A program made the translations under genes and the position numbers. Positions 1 to 12,502 of a stretch of 64,000 bases of DNA are shown here, in pieces (position 1 is the stretch's first letter; every line of letters starts with the position of its first letter). The notes beneath the pieces are model-generated. The model searched no databases. It saw only the letters and a program-made list of their open reading frames with translations, and was not told the origin of the DNA. The stretch is from Okamejei kenojei (lineage: Eukaryota): positions 9,734,001 through 9,798,000 of the forward strand of contig CM069147.1 in the NCBI GenBank assembly GCA_035221665.1, written 5' to 3'.

Positions 1-188
1 AAGCCAATTAACCTCTAAACCTGTACGTATTTGGAATGTGGGAGGAAACCGAAGATCTCGTAGAAAACCTACAGGGAGAACGTACAAACTCTGTACAGAC
101 AGCACCTGTAGTCGGGATCGAGCCCGGGTCTCCAGCGCTGCATTTGCTGTGAGGCAGCAACTCTACCGCTGCGCCAACGTGACCGTCC
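1..188 (-). mobile_element. HE1-like tRNA-derived V-SINE, cut by the window edge
   Basis: Minus strand reads TGGCGCAGCGG (A box), a B-box-like GGCTCGATCC, then the V-SINE core GAGTTTGTACGTTCTCCC...GGTTTCCTCCCACATTCCAAA. Confidence 0.85.
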
Positions 189-989
189 TCTGCGTTCTTG
201 ATTCCTGTACCTTTGGTAAAAGATTCAGTGCATTCATCCCATCAATTCTCCTCATGATTTTGTACATCTCCATATGATCACCCCTTTTTCACTCAGGTGG
301 GGGTGTGTATGTGGAACGAGCGGCCAGAAGAGGTAGTCGAGGCAGGTACAATAACAGAATTTAAAAGACACCTGGACAGGTACATGGATAGGAAAGGTCT
401 AGGGGCAAAATGCAGAATTAGACATTAGACTCTAGCGGTAAAGCATGGAAACAGGCTCTTTGGCCCACCTAGTCTGCTCTGACCAGCAATCACCCAGTAG
501 ACTAACACTACCCCACACGCTGGGGACAATTTACAATTCTACAGAAGGCAATTAACAGATAATTGCCTTTGGACTCGGTGGGCCGAAGGGCCTGTTTCCA
601 CCTTGTATCTCTGATATCTAAAGCCTAAAGAAACAGCAATATCAAGTGTGGTGCAGACACGTGGATGGAACTGGATGTCAGCATCTCAAATCAAATCTCT
701 TATATTCCATGTTTAACATTAATTTCCTTTCAGGATATCCCACTGTGGCAATCATCAACGATAAAGACATTGGGGATAATAAGATAGATAATGTCAGCTT
801 CATCACCATTAATTGATGCACCTAATGTGTGACTTGTCAGAAAATGATTGATTCATAACAACAATCTAATGGTAAATTCATAACTACAAGATTCAGCTGA
901 TGGTCTAAAGTGTTCAGTCATTCCCTGGCAAATAATACTAAGTGCTTCCTTTAGAAACGGCAGTGGTTTTAAGAAATCTGTTTTTTGAA

Positions 990-1115
990 CAGGTATGTGG
1001 ATTGGACAGGTTAGAGGGATATGGACCAAATGCAGGCAGGTGGGACTAGTGTAGATGGGGCTTGTTGGCCAGTGGAGGCAAGTTGGGTCGATGGGCCTGT
1101 TTCCATGCTGTATGA
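990..1115 (+). mobile_element. CR1 (HER1-like) LINE 3' tail fragment
   Basis: GAGGGATATGGACCAAATGCAGGCAGGTGGGACTAG...GGGCCTGTTTCCATGCTGTAT, the same tail as the longer CR1 copies at 4905 and 37680. Confidence 0.7.
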
Positions 1116-1118
1116 AGA

Positions 1119-1210
1119 AGTCTGAAGAAGGGTCTCGACCCATAACATCACCCATTCCTTCTCTCCAGAGATGCTGCCTGTCCCACTGAGTTACTCCAGC
1201 TTTTTGTGAC
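1119..1210 (+). mobile_element. Penelope-derived short repeat with degenerate hammerhead core
   Basis: GTCTGAAGAAGGGTCTCGACCC then a mutated GAAAC, followed by the family tail AGAGATGCTGCCTGTCCCACTGAGTTACTCCAGC. Confidence 0.7.
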
Positions 1211-1472
1211 TCTATGACTTTATGACTGTAAGTGATCGCTTCCTCTTTCAATTGATTGAATAGTTACTCTATTGTTACATTTCTAAAGCTCAGCTCGCAA
1301 CTGAAGACTTCCTGGTGCTTTGCCCAGCATAGATGCATAAACAAGTGTGAATGTATTAATGGTCAAGGGCACAACAACTTTCATACCTTCTATGAATGCA
1401 AACGCTGTCATACTTTATGCTCTGAAACTTTAAATGACTGGACTTCCTGACAAGTTATGGTTTGTAGAGTAA

Positions 1473-1761
1473 TGCCCCTGTCCCACTTAGGAAACCTGAA
1501 CGGAAACCTCTGGAGACTTGGCGCCCCACCCAAGGTTTCCGTGCGGATCCCGGAGGTTTTTGTCAGTCTCCCTAATGGTCGAAAGTGGTTTCCGTGTCAA
1601 AAATCGGTAATTGTTTAGTCGAAGCTGGTTGCGATGCTAGTTGAAGGTGGTTGCCAGAGAACAAAAACCTCCGGGAACCTGCGGGAACCGCACGGAAACC
1701 TTGGGTGGGGCGCAAAGTCTCCAGAGGTTTCTGTTCAGGTTTCCAAAGTGGGACAGGGGCA
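1473..1761. mobile_element. PIF/Harbinger-like MITE (long palindrome)
   Basis: ~90-bp inverted arms TGCCCCTGTCCCACTT...AAGTGGGACAGGGGCA flanked by TAA/TTA; same CTGTCCCAC terminal motif as the elements at 22370 and 42165. Confidence 0.8.
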
Positions 1762-2039
1762 TTATGGAGGAAATTTATGTGAAACAAGGCAAAGATGAAC
1801 AGCTTCCTTTCAAGGGCAATTTAATTTTTTTGCAACAATCAGATCTGTTTCCAAATGTGTAATTGTGTCCATCAGCCACGGATCCTTTCATAAGCAGTTA
1901 CGCATCTTTATAATGGAAACCTTCTCTTCCAAATGGAATGAACATTGCCATGGGCCAAAAGGCTATTAATCTATCACTTTGCCGCTGGGTTTACACTGTT
2001 ACACCGTTCAACTCACGCATACTCCCAACTTTTCCACTA

Positions 2040-2290
2040 CGATTCGATACGATACGATGGAAGTTTATTTATCCCCGGAGGGAAATTGGTTTGCCAACAG
2101 TCATAAAACACAAGATACATGAAATATGAAATTAAAGAAACAAGTGGAAAGGATTGGGGATGTGCAAAGATTGGGATGGGGGAGGGGGGAGGGGGGGTTG
2201 GGGGAGGGAAGTCCGTCTACCCCACGACAGAAGGGGGAGGAGTTTGATAGCCACAGGGAAGAAGGATCTGCTCTCCTGTGTTGCGTCCTC
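2040..2290 (-). mobile_element. Rex1/Babar-like LINE 3' end
   Basis: Minus strand encodes an RSFFPVAIKL-type ORF2 C-terminus, followed by AATAAA and a (TATCG)n-type tail. Confidence 0.55.
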
Positions 2291-2374
2291 ATGTTGACCC
2301 ACACAATGCCAACAGATCTGTGTTTATTGTAATAAAACAAAGCAGCGGTATGCACACATACATACATACACACT

Positions 2375-3360
2375 ATGAAAAATTAAAAGAGTTATTAGTG
2401 TTTACAAATTGTTGAGATTCTCTCTCTTGAAGGCCACACCCCTTCTGGAGGGACTATAAAACCCGGAAGTGTGGAGGTGCCTCCGTTCTCTGCAGATAGG
2501 GGAGTGAGAGGTCGCAATTCTCAGTCTGAGCTGTGAATAACACTGAACATATGTCTACTAAACTGTGAGTGGTTTTACTGACCTGTCAGTGCCCTTAATG
2601 TGGTTTGAAAATGTATTTTGAAAGTGCTAAAGCTGTGTTGCCTTTGGTTTGAAAGTGCTAAAGCTGTGTTGCCTTTGGTTTGAAAGTGCTAAAGCTGCCA
2701 TGCCTTTGGTTTGAAAGTGCTAAAGCTGCCTTGCCTAATTAAAGCTGCCTTGCCTAATTAAAGCTGCCTAGCCTAATTAAAGTTGCCTTTTATATAATTA
2801 AATGTCAAATCTTGAACACTCCCTGTTTGTGGTTTATATTGATTTTAGAAAAAACTCTACCACATACGGCTGTGATTTTTGGCCATCTTACTCAGAGTCC
2901 CCCTCCGCTCATCAGGTGCCGAGGATTTTTCCCATCGATGAAAAATAAAAGAGTTATTAGTGTTTTAAAAAATTGAGATCTCTCTCCTGTCAATCAGACC
3001 ATGAAGGCCATGCCCTTGCTGGTGGGAGGAGGGGAGGGACTATAAAACCCAGAAGTGTGGGCGTGGCTCAGTCTCTGCAAGATGGAGGAGGGAGAGGTCA
3101 CGACTCGCTGTCTTTAGTGGCCTTGCACCATGCTTGAAATAGTATGAAACTGCACTTGAATTTGGTGGCCTTGGACCCTTCTTGAAGTGGTAAGAAACTG
3201 CACTTGAATTTGGTGGCCTTGCACCCTGCTTGAAATGGAATTTCAAGAAATAGGCATGAGTCAACCGCCAGCCCACCAGCCATGAGTGAGTGAGCTGCCA
3301 GCACAACAGGCTAGAGTGACTGAGCCGCTAGCCCAAGAATCTATTCGGCTCACTATGTCC
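2375..3360. repeat. Unclassified composite repeat with internal direct and tandem repeats
   Basis: ~150-bp diverged direct repeat (2375 vs 2938); 31-bp unit x~4 from 2617; 19-bp unit x3 near 2737; 48-bp unit x2.5 from 3117. Confidence 0.6.
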
Positions 3361-3559
3361 ATACACACACATATTCATATACACAAATTTATACATATGT
3401 GTGTGCATGTATCTGTTTATAATGCATTGTATCTATAATGTTATATATAACATGTCATACACACACACATATATATATATTTATGTATATTCACACACAC
3501 AAATTATATACATAAGTGTATGTGTATATCTGTACGTATAATACTTTATACATAATGTT

Positions 3560-3580
3560 AGATAGACAGACAGACGGATG

Positions 3581-3664
<84 letters not shown>

Positions 3665-3670
3665 GTCAGA
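3560..3670. repeat. (AGAC)n microsatellite
   Basis: Directly visible. Confidence 0.95.
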
Positions 3671-4292
3671 TGGACCTTGCTCTTGAATCCAAAGTAACAA
3701 TGTTTTCAAATTCAGCCATTTTCTTTGTACGTATTTGCGTGTGCTCCAACTTTCTTTGGGACTTGTGTCTCTTCGGCCAGTGACATTATCTGCCATTGAA
3801 AATAATTTTTAAAAGCCGGTAAAGGCTTGAATAAATGTGACTGGTTCCAGAACCTTCAAACACGTCAGTACAAACACCTTGGCTGAAATTCCATATTGTT
3901 TTCAAGAGGTCAACAGTCGATAAGGATTCTTTCTGTGATGCGGATGGACAGGACTTGCAAACAGTCTGATAAGTTCTTTTATTAGTTCTGGCTTGAGCAA
4001 AGGTTATTGGAATTTTCTCCTGACATCAGAGTTTGTTTAATCGTGCCAGACATAGGAGACATTTAATGCATTTCGGTTTGTATGGCACTGTGTACTTGCT
4101 CTATCCCAAAAGTTAATAAACAAAGTAAATCCAAGCAACTCTGTGGTGAATTCAAAATATCCATTTCATTGGCATGGAAAACACGTTCAGATGGACTGAT
4201 AAAATGTAATACTGAATGGAGCCCTTATCCAGCACTAATGTCATACTTAAGCCAACTAAGAAATCACATGTAGAGGAATAAAGCTTTTCAAT

Positions 4293-4716
4293 AAGGTTGC
4301 TGCCCTACAGTGCCAGACACCTGGGTTCGATCCTGACTACTACTGCAGTCTGTATGGAGTTTGTACGTTCTACCTATGACCACGTGGGTTTTCTCCGGGT
4401 GCACCGGTTTCCTCCCACACTACAACGGCGTGCAGCTCCGAGGGTTAATTTGCTTCTGTAAATTGCCCCTAGTGGGTAGGATAGTTCACAATAGGTCTAT
4501 GTTATCCCACTTTCTCATCCAATCCCTACACACACACACACACACACACTAGGGGGCAATTTACAGAGGGCCAATTAACCTACAAACCCGCACGCCCTCT
4601 GGATGTGGGAGGAAACTGGAGCACCCAGGGGAAACTGCACACAGACAGCACCCGAGGTTAGGATTGAACCCAGGTCCCTGGCGCCGTGAGGCAGCAGCTC
4701 TACTGCTGCGCCACTG
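4293..4716. mobile_element. Two HE1-like V-SINE copies, tail to tail (+ ~4293-4480, - ~4495-4716)
   Basis: GGGTTCGATCCTGAC and V core on +; reverse complement of the same motifs downstream. Confidence 0.8.
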
Positions 4717-4904
4717 CGCTCTCTCCGAGTGTTCTGTTTGTCTGAGGTTGAATCAAAGATCAGTATTAGCCCATTCTTCCCGCAGTTCCAGATTCCACCA
4801 TCTGCAGTCACTTGTGTCTCCAGTCAACCATCCCTTTGCCTCTCCGGATTCTTGTTTAAACTGACAGGGCTTTTAGTTTAGCCTAGTTGCCAGGACACGA
4901 GGGC

Positions 4905-5270
4905 AGGCGGATGAGGGGTGATCTTATAAAGCTGCACAAAATCATGAGAGGAATAGATCAGGTTTGACGCACAGAGCCTCAAGCCTGGAATAGGGGAATT
5001 GAGAAGGGGAAAAGGTGAAGGGGAAAAGATTTAACAGGAACCTGAGGGGTAACTGTTTTACACAAAGGGTGGTGGGTGTATGGAGCAAGCTGCCGGAGGA
5101 GTTAGTTGAGGCATCATTTGAGAAACCTTTAGACAGGCCCATGGATAGGACAGGTTTGGAGGGATATGGGCCAAATGCAGGCAGGTGGGACTAGTGTAGA
5201 TGGGACATGTTGGTCGGTGTGGGTAGGTTGGGCTAAAGGGCCTGTTTCCACGCTGTATGACTCTGACTCT
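4905..5270 (+). mobile_element. CR1 LINE 3' fragment
   Basis: RGDLI...KIMRGID and NCFTQRVVGVW-type ORF2 C-terminus, 3'UTR and (GACTCT)n tail. Confidence 0.8.
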
Positions 5271-6294
5271 AATAATATAACATGCATTACATGGCACAAG
5301 CAATCAATGGGTCACATTTATGCTATTGTCATGGGAGATTTACATGTGCATATTGAATTGAATTGAATATTTTATTGTCACATGTGACAAGCCACAGTGA
5401 AATTAATTGCTTGCCCACCCAAGGTATGCAAATAGCCGCCACATAAAGGGCACTTATGTTCAGATGCTCTGGCCTGGGAGAGATGTGTCAGACTCCATGC
5501 ATCAGTCTTTGCAACAGTAGCAACATAATCTTAAAAGAGAGAAAGAAAGCCAGATTCATTTAACCAGAAACTTGAAAAGAAAAAGCAACTCATCAAATAC
5601 TCTACATTAGGAAGACGGGTATCAAGGGTGAGAAGGGTAACGCCACCCATTCCTTCTCTCCAGAGATGCTGCCTGTCCCGCTGAGTTGCTCCAGCTTATG
5701 GTGTCTATCGTGAGCATTCAAATACTGGCCTCGGACACATCGGTGCAGTCGGTAGTCAGCATAATCTTATTCTGAGACATCAAGCTACCTGTAAGAAAAG
5801 CCACAGGAGATCTGTCAGATGTATGGAAACAGTATGAAAGTAAATGTTGTGACCCTTTTGAATTATTTTAGCTTATTAAGTCGAACCGTGAGATATTTGC
5901 GCAAGCTTTGCTGGAGTGGTTTGTTGTTTTTGAAATTAAAATGCTGTTTGAAAGCTCAACTGAACAAAGATTATGTCGGAACGTGGCTGCACTACCTAGA
6001 TTTACACCTGAAAGTGAATTATTGATGAGAGCAGGAATTTCAAAGACGCCGGGATCAAAGCTTCTGTAATGAGCAACCAAGTGTTGGATGAAGCCTAACT
6101 TTCATGTAACATATTTTGAGCAAATTTACAACTAGCAATCTGGCACTCGGAAAAGAAAAAAAATAACTTAAATTAGGAACCAAAAACTGGACCCTGTTTA
6201 AATTTCAGCAAGAATCCTGGACACCTTGCAGTAACCTACCGTGACAACCCCAAAGTGGCCCCTAACGGTGTGAAAAAGCTTTCATGGTTAGGTC

Positions 6295-6735
6295 ATAAGG
6301 TCATAAGTGATAGGAGCAGAATTAGGCCATTTGGCCCATCAAGTCTGTTCTGCCGTTCAATCATGGCTGTTCTATCTCTCCCTCCTCATCCCATTCGCCT
6401 GCCTTCTCCCCATAACCCCTGACACCCGTACGAATCAAGAATCCATCTACCTCTGCCTTAAAAATATCCACTGCCTTGGCCTTCACCTTCTTCTGTGGCA
6501 AAGAATTCCACAGATTCACCACCCTCTGACTCTAGAAATTCCTCCTCATCTCCCTAAAGGAATGTCCTTTAATTGTGAGGCTATGACCTCCAGTCCTAGA
6601 CTCTCCCACTCGTGGAAACATCCTCTTCACATCCACTCTATTCAGGCCTTTCACTAATAGGTAAGTTTCAATGAGGTTTCCCCTCATCCTTCTAAACTCC
6701 AGTGAGTACAGGCCCAGTGCTGTCAAATGCTCACC
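6295..6735 (-). mobile_element. CR1 LINE 3' fragment
   Basis: ORF 6532-6726: LGLYSLEFRRMRGNLIETY...ESRTGGHSL, a CR1 ORF2 C-terminus. Confidence 0.9.
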
Positions 6736-6939
6736 ACGTTAATAATTCAATAGTCAATAGCTAATACGCTTTATTTGTTACACATGCAACTGCACAGTGA
6801 ATTAATTTTGCATATATTACACATGCGGGCACCGACATTATTGGTGACATTATTAGCACAGTTCGGCTTGCAATTAATGTTATTGTATTTAAATTAGATA
6901 CTTTTGCCGATCTTGTTTTCTCTGGAACCCCGTAGGTTG

Positions 6940-7315
6940 TGGGGAGACCTGATAGAAGTATATGAAATCATGAGAGGCAATAGAGAGGGTCGACAGTCAG
7001 AACCTTTTTCCTGTCAAAATTAAATCAAATTCTCGATGGCATAGTGTTAAAGTGAGGGGGGCAATGTTTAAAAGCAATGAGTAGGGTAAGTTTTGTTTCA
7101 CACAGAGGGTGGTGAGTGCCTGGAACGAGCTGCTGGGGGTGGTTGTTGAGACAGATCCAATAGTGGCGTTTAAGAGAATTTTGGGCAGGCGTGGGGATTT
7201 GGAGGGATATGGGCTACATGCAGGCAGGTAGGAATTGGTCTTGGCATCATTGTTGGCACAGACATTGTGGGCCGAAGGGCCTATTCTTGTGCTGTACTGT
7301 TCTATGTTCTATATT
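6940..7315 (+). mobile_element. CR1 LINE 3' fragment (older)
   Basis: GDLIEVYEIMRG and FTQRVVSAWNEL motifs; tail TGTTCTATGTTCTA. Confidence 0.75.
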
Positions 7316-7559
7316 TCTGGTCTTTAAAAAGTGTCTTTAATAGACAATAGACAGTAGGTGCAGGAGTAGGCCATTCGGCCCTTCGAGCCAGCACCACCAT
7401 TCAGTGTGATCATATCCACATCGAATATTAAATTCTAAACGGATGCAGACATAATAAAGCTATTTTACCTCGTGTGAAATGAGCTTCCACATCCCTTTGT
7501 TTAAACAGCGAAAGCTGCCAACAATAGTTGGGAAGATCCAGGAATATTGGGAAGATCCA

Positions 7560-7745
7560 GGAACTAGTAGGAAGACTAGGGTGGGAAAAGGGGGGGGGGG
7601 GGGGGGGGGGGGGGGAGTGGTGAGAGAGGGAATGCAGGGGTTATTTGAAATTAGAGAAATCAATGTTCACATCGTTGGGCTGTAGGCTGCCCAAGCGAAA
7701 TATGAGGTTCTGTTCCTCCAATTTGCATGTGGCCTCACACTAACA
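7560..7745 (-). mobile_element. Penelope-like element, GIY-YIG C-terminus and 3' repeat
   Basis: Minus strand encodes KLEEQNLIFRLGSLQPNDVNIDFS. Confidence 0.75.
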
Positions 7746-7964
7746 GCTGGGAAAGGTTGCAATGGGTGGACAGAGAAAGATAGAGTAAGTGTACACTACC
7801 CAATACCCGAACAGTTAGCAGATAGGCCGGTTACATCAAAGCGGCACTGATTTTCTGCACAACTGTAGATATATCACTTTTTCACAAACCCTGTCACCTG
7901 GATGCAAAGAACTTCAAAACAAAGCACTTTGGCTTAGAGACAGAGTGCGCAAAAGAGGCCCTTC

Positions 7965-8400
7965 ACTTTAGTTCAGTTTATTGTCACGTGTACAGTGAAA
8001 AGCTTTTTGTTGCATGCTACCCAGTCAGCAGAAAGGCAATACGCGATTACAATCAATCCATTTACTAGGTACATGATACTTCTTCTCCTTGCGTAGGGCG
8101 TGCACAGCCTAAATGTAGGTCATAGATAGACCTGTTTGTACGTTTGTACACGTCGGGTCGATTGCATTGGTTGAAACAGCGTGGACCACGTGAAGGTTGC
8201 AATCTTCCACCCCGGTACAAGATAAGGGAATAATGTTTAGTGCAAGATAAAGCCAGCAAAATGCAGTCAACGATAGTCCGAGGGACATCAAAGAGGTAGA
8301 TAGTCACTGCTTTCTGGCCGTGATAGGATGATTCAGTTGTCTGATAACAGTTGGGAAGAAGCTGCCCTTGAATCTGGGGGTGTGCGTTTTCACACGTCCG
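7965..8400 (-). mobile_element. Rex1/Babar-like LINE 3' end, interrupted at 8079-8213
   Basis: Minus strand encodes VKTHTPRFKGSFFPTVIRQLN; tail CACTGTACACGTGACAATAAACTGAACT. Confidence 0.7.
8079..8213 (-). mobile_element. 135-bp non-tRNA short retroposon with two stems and a GAA-rich tail
   Basis: Flanked by GGTACATGATA (8068-8078) and GGTACAAGATA (8214-8224); stems GATTGCA/TGCAATC and GACGTGTACA/TGTGCACGCC on the minus strand. Confidence 0.65.
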
Positions 8401-9184
8401 TACGTTTTGCTTCGGCCCACCTGTGTCCGCACCGACCAGCGATCCTCGCACACTAACGTTACCCTACACATACTGGGGACAATTTACAGTTGTACCAAGC
8501 CAATTAGCCTACAAACCTGTACGTCTTTGGAGTGTGGGATGAAAGCGATGATCTCGGAGATAACCCACGCAGGTCACGGGGAGAACGTGCAAACTCCGTA
8601 CGTTCGTAATTTTTCTGGATGAAAGGTGGGGTTGGACCACCAGTTGCCGGAACATCGGTGGTTATTTTCTTCCTCGAGAACATGGGGTCAACTTTGACAG
8701 TGCTGGACATTGTCACGAGAATTACATATCATTGCTTTAAGGTGAGAGGAGCAAGGTTTAAAGGAGATGCGTGCGGCAAGATTATGTTTACACAGAGGGT
8801 TTGTAATGAATAATCATTTTAATGCAATTCACACTTCACGGTGACATGGCCATTTGGTTGTTATCATGCAGCGATCAGTGCTTGTGCGAGGATGTTATAT
8901 TTATATACGAGCAGAGGCGTTTCTTTGCTTTCACCATCTGAGAATGCTTGACTAGGATATGCGAAACACAAAATCACAACAGCAGCATTTTCCCCTCTGC
9001 GGTTTATGGGTGTGGTGATTGTGCTGGCAGGAAAAGAAAGCTTTGGGCCTGTGGCAACAGTGAGCCAGCATGACTAGTTGGCAGCAGGCAACTTCACTCT
9101 TTCCATTTAGGGGGATCTCAGTTGTACTCGGGGAAAGGAACGGGTCAATTGACAAAGAAGAAAGTCAGCAAATCTTCGAAAGCA

Positions 9185-9560
9185 TGACGTTCTTGCTATT
9201 GAGGGAGTGCAGCGTAGGTTCACAAGGTTAATTCCCGGGATGGCGGGACTGTCATATGCTGAGAGAATGGAGCGGCTGGGCTTGTACACTCTGGAATTTA
9301 GAAGGGTGAGAGGGGGTCTTATTGAAACATATAAGATTATTAAGGGTTTGGACACGCTAGAGGCAGGAAACATGTTCCCGATGTTGGGGGAGTCCAGAAC
9401 CAGGGGCCACGGTTTAAGAATAAGGAGTAAGCCATTTGGAACGGAGATGAGGAAACACTTTTTCATACAGAGAGTTGTGAGCCGGTGGAATTCTCTGCCT
9501 CAGAGGGTGGTGAAGGCTGGTTCTCTGGATACTTTCAAGAGAGAGTTAGATAGGGCACTT
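9185..9560 (+). mobile_element. CR1 LINE ORF2 C-terminal fragment
   Basis: QRRFTRLIPGMAGLSYAERMERLGLYTLEFRRVRGGLIETYKII...FFIQRVVSRWNSLP. Confidence 0.95.
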
Positions 9561-9669
9561 CAGGGGATATGCGGTGAAGGCAAGAACCTACACCTACACC
9601 TATTGTCTATTGTTTATTGTAATCTTTCTACTACTGGGGATGCTGCCACTGGGAATAAACTATATCACA

Positions 9670-9991
9670 GTTTAATTTGGTTTAGAGACACAGCGCGGAA
9701 ACAGGCCCTTCGGCCCAGCGGGTCCGTGCCGACCAGCGATCACCGCACATTAACACTATCCTACACCCACTAGGGACAATTTTTACATTTACCAAGCCAA
9801 TTACATTTACCTACAAACCTGTACGTCTTTGGAATGTGGGAGGAAACCGAAGATCTCGGTGAAAACCCATGCAGGTCACGGGAGAACGTACAAACTCCGT
9901 ACAGACAGCACCCATGGGCGGGATCGAACCAGGGTCTCCGGTGCTGCATTCGCTGTGAGGCAGCAACTCTACCGCTGCGCCACCGTGACCG
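9670..9991 (-). mobile_element. HE1-like V-SINE, near full length
   Basis: A box, B box GGTTCGATCC, V core, CR1-like tail ending in (TAAAC)n. Confidence 0.9.
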
Positions 9992-10289
9992 TCACATGTT
10001 ACATGTCTGCGTTTTTCGGACTTGAAGGGTACAGGTTGACGCCTAAAACGTGACAACCCGTGAGTACGGACTCAGTGTGGTCTGCTATCTTACACTCTTA
10101 TACTAAAGTATGATTGTGCCTATGTACAGTGGGATTACCATTGAACACTAAGCAAAGTAGAGGATTTCACTGCACTTAGGTACATGTGACAATAAAGTAC
10201 TATTGAACCATTGAACCAAAACCAAACCTTCTATGTCAAGGCGAACATGGGAGAGGTAGTCCTCTATCCATCTAGCATCTCTGGATCTC

Positions 10290-10585
10290 AGGACATGGAT
10301 AGTCGACATTAGGGGTCGGGTTTCTTCAGACTGATTGCAGTTGGGGAGCACAGGGGGTGGGGGGGGGGGGGTGGGTTGGAGAAAGCTGGATAACAGGTGG
10401 GGTCAGAACTTTCTAACTTTGCCAGCTTTTTCTTCCCCCCCCCCCCCCACCCCACTACAGTGTCTGAAGCAGAGTCCTGACTTGAAACGTCACCTACCAT
10501 GTCCTCCAGACACGCTGCCTGAACTGACAAGTTACTCCAGCACTTTGTGTTTTACTTAAGATTCCAGCATCTGCAGTTCACTGTG
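10290..10585. mobile_element. Penelope-derived fragments in inverted arrangement
   Basis: Minus-strand CTGAAGA...CCCCTAATGTC at ~10300-10330 and plus-strand CTGAAG...GAAACGTCACC at ~10464-10495 followed by the family tail. Confidence 0.6.
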
Positions 10586-11654
10586 CGTTCTCTGTTCACA
10601 CCCTTGTGCAGTTAATTAATCGATGCTTTACAATAAATGCATTTTGATATTACTGCATCCTATTAAATAAAACTTCTGAACTGTGACACCAACATGAATA
10701 CTTGCTAACTCCATAAACATCCTAACTTTGACATTATTCCGTGTGAATTTATGCTAAACTTCTGGACATGTTTGCATTGTGGTTCTGAACTTATTTGAAA
10801 TAATCTTTTCTGGCCTCATTTTAAGTCCCCTTTTGTACACATATACAATTACAGTCTAAAAACATCATGAATAAATGGCCTTTGAGAATGTTTTTTCTTG
10901 CACCAATTAGAAAGGTTATGAATATTATTTCACACATTCCCCCCCATAAACATGGCGGTGCTAATTATTCCCAGGAGTAATTCAAATATCCTGAAGCTGG
11001 GATTCAACTTTACACGCTGCCAAAAATGTTCGATTTATGTACTAAACGGACAAATGCGACTCAACCCAAATAGCTCTCCAGTTAAATGGTTTTAGTCACA
11101 GGGTAGTTCATCTGTGGAACTCATTGCCACAAAGGGCTGTCAAGGCCAGGTCAGTGGATATTGTTGATGGGCCGAATGGCCTAATTCTGCTCCTATGACC
11201 TTATGAGCCCACAATGTCTGTGGCGAAAATGACAACAGGTTAAACTAATCTCTTCTGCCTGCAGCATACTTTCTATCGAGTATCTTTAGAAGTTTGTAAG
11301 ACAGATTGAAAGCCATGTGGAATTTCCTCAGGTGTTGGTGTGAACTTTCGTGGCTGCCACATCAATGTAGTTGGTTCACAACATAATGTTAGTAATTCAG
11401 TGGATATTGTTATGGCAAAGACAGACAAATTCTTGATTAGAACGGGCGTTGAGGGTTTTGGGGAGAAGGCAGGAAAATGGGATTAGGAGGCAGAGATCAT
11501 CCATGATTGAATCCAAGCAGAGTAGACTCGATGGGCTGAATGGCCTGGTTCTACTCCTAGAACTTGTGAATTTTGTGGTTTGCAAACTACTTCAGTTGTA
11601 GTTAAAATTGAACTGCATTGTTCGGTGTAGAGGCCGGACTGAACAAAGGTGAAC

Positions 11655-11995
11655 CAAAGATAGACACAAAAAGCTGGAGTAAATCAGCGGCAACATCTCT
11701 GGAGAGAAAGAATGGGCGAAGTTTCAGGTCGAGACCCTTATCAACTGGTTGGGGATAAGGGAAACCAGAGATATAGGCGATGATGTAGAGAGATAGAGAC
11801 CAATGAACGAAAGATATGCAAAAATGTAACGGTGATAAAGGAAACAGGCCATTGTTAGCTGTTTGTTGGGCGAAAATGAGAAGCTTGGGTTGGGGAAGGG
11901 ATTGATTGAGCGGGTTTGTCGGGGTTACCTGAAGTGAGAGTAATCAATATATTACCACTGGCTGTAAACTGACCAAGCGAAATAAAGATGAACTA
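11655..11995 (-). mobile_element. Penelope-like 3' region
   Basis: Minus strand HLYFAWSVYSQW (frameshifted HLIFRLGSLQP), pyrimidine-rich 3'UTR and hammerhead-type terminal repeat. Confidence 0.7.
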
Positions 11996-12502
11996 AAGGC
12001 CCCTTCTGCAGCCCCTGGATCGGGTTTCGGAGAGGAGGTGGATGGAGATGGTGGCAGCAGCAGACGCTGGACAAAGGGCCTGGTGAGATGATCCAAGGGG
12101 CTCCTACCTTCCGCGCCCTCGAGGTCGGCTGCGGGAGGCGGCCCCCCCCACACTGGGGAACGGGGGCTGGAGATGGACGGGCGTGGAGAGGGACATTGGA
12201 TCGCCGGACGAGCAAAATGGAGGCAGCGGCGGCGGCAACGGGCCTTTGTGGCCAGCTGCGGCTGGGACTGTGAAATGGTGCCCATATGTTGCCTTTTATA
12301 TATGGGCTAAGTGGACATTTCTATGCCTGCTGTACTGAGGCATGATTGTGCATGATTGTATGCACACACTAATGATTGTGCATACATATGGAGATAATCT
12401 TACTGAGCTGCATGCCAGCAATATATTTCACTGTACTTGGTACATGTGATAATAATGAAACCATTGAACATAGAACAGTACAGGAGGGAAACAGCCCATT
12501 CC

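Noticed and set aside
2617-2790. CRISPR-like 31-bp repeats
   Set aside because: Units are directly adjacent with no unique spacers, in a eukaryotic context with no cas genes
3491-3796. 101-aa minus-strand ORF
   Set aside because: Length comes from reading through the (AGAC)n microsatellite; no strong splice donor or homology
5715-5790. Minus-strand acceptor CTTTTCTTACAG followed by a short frame SLMSQNKIMLTTDCTDVSEASI*
   Set aside because: No recognisable protein and no partner exon; such sites arise by chance
8079-8213. HDV-like ribozyme in the short retroposon
   Set aside because: A P1-like stem exists, but I could not place P2, P3/L3 and the catalytic J4/2 in the required order
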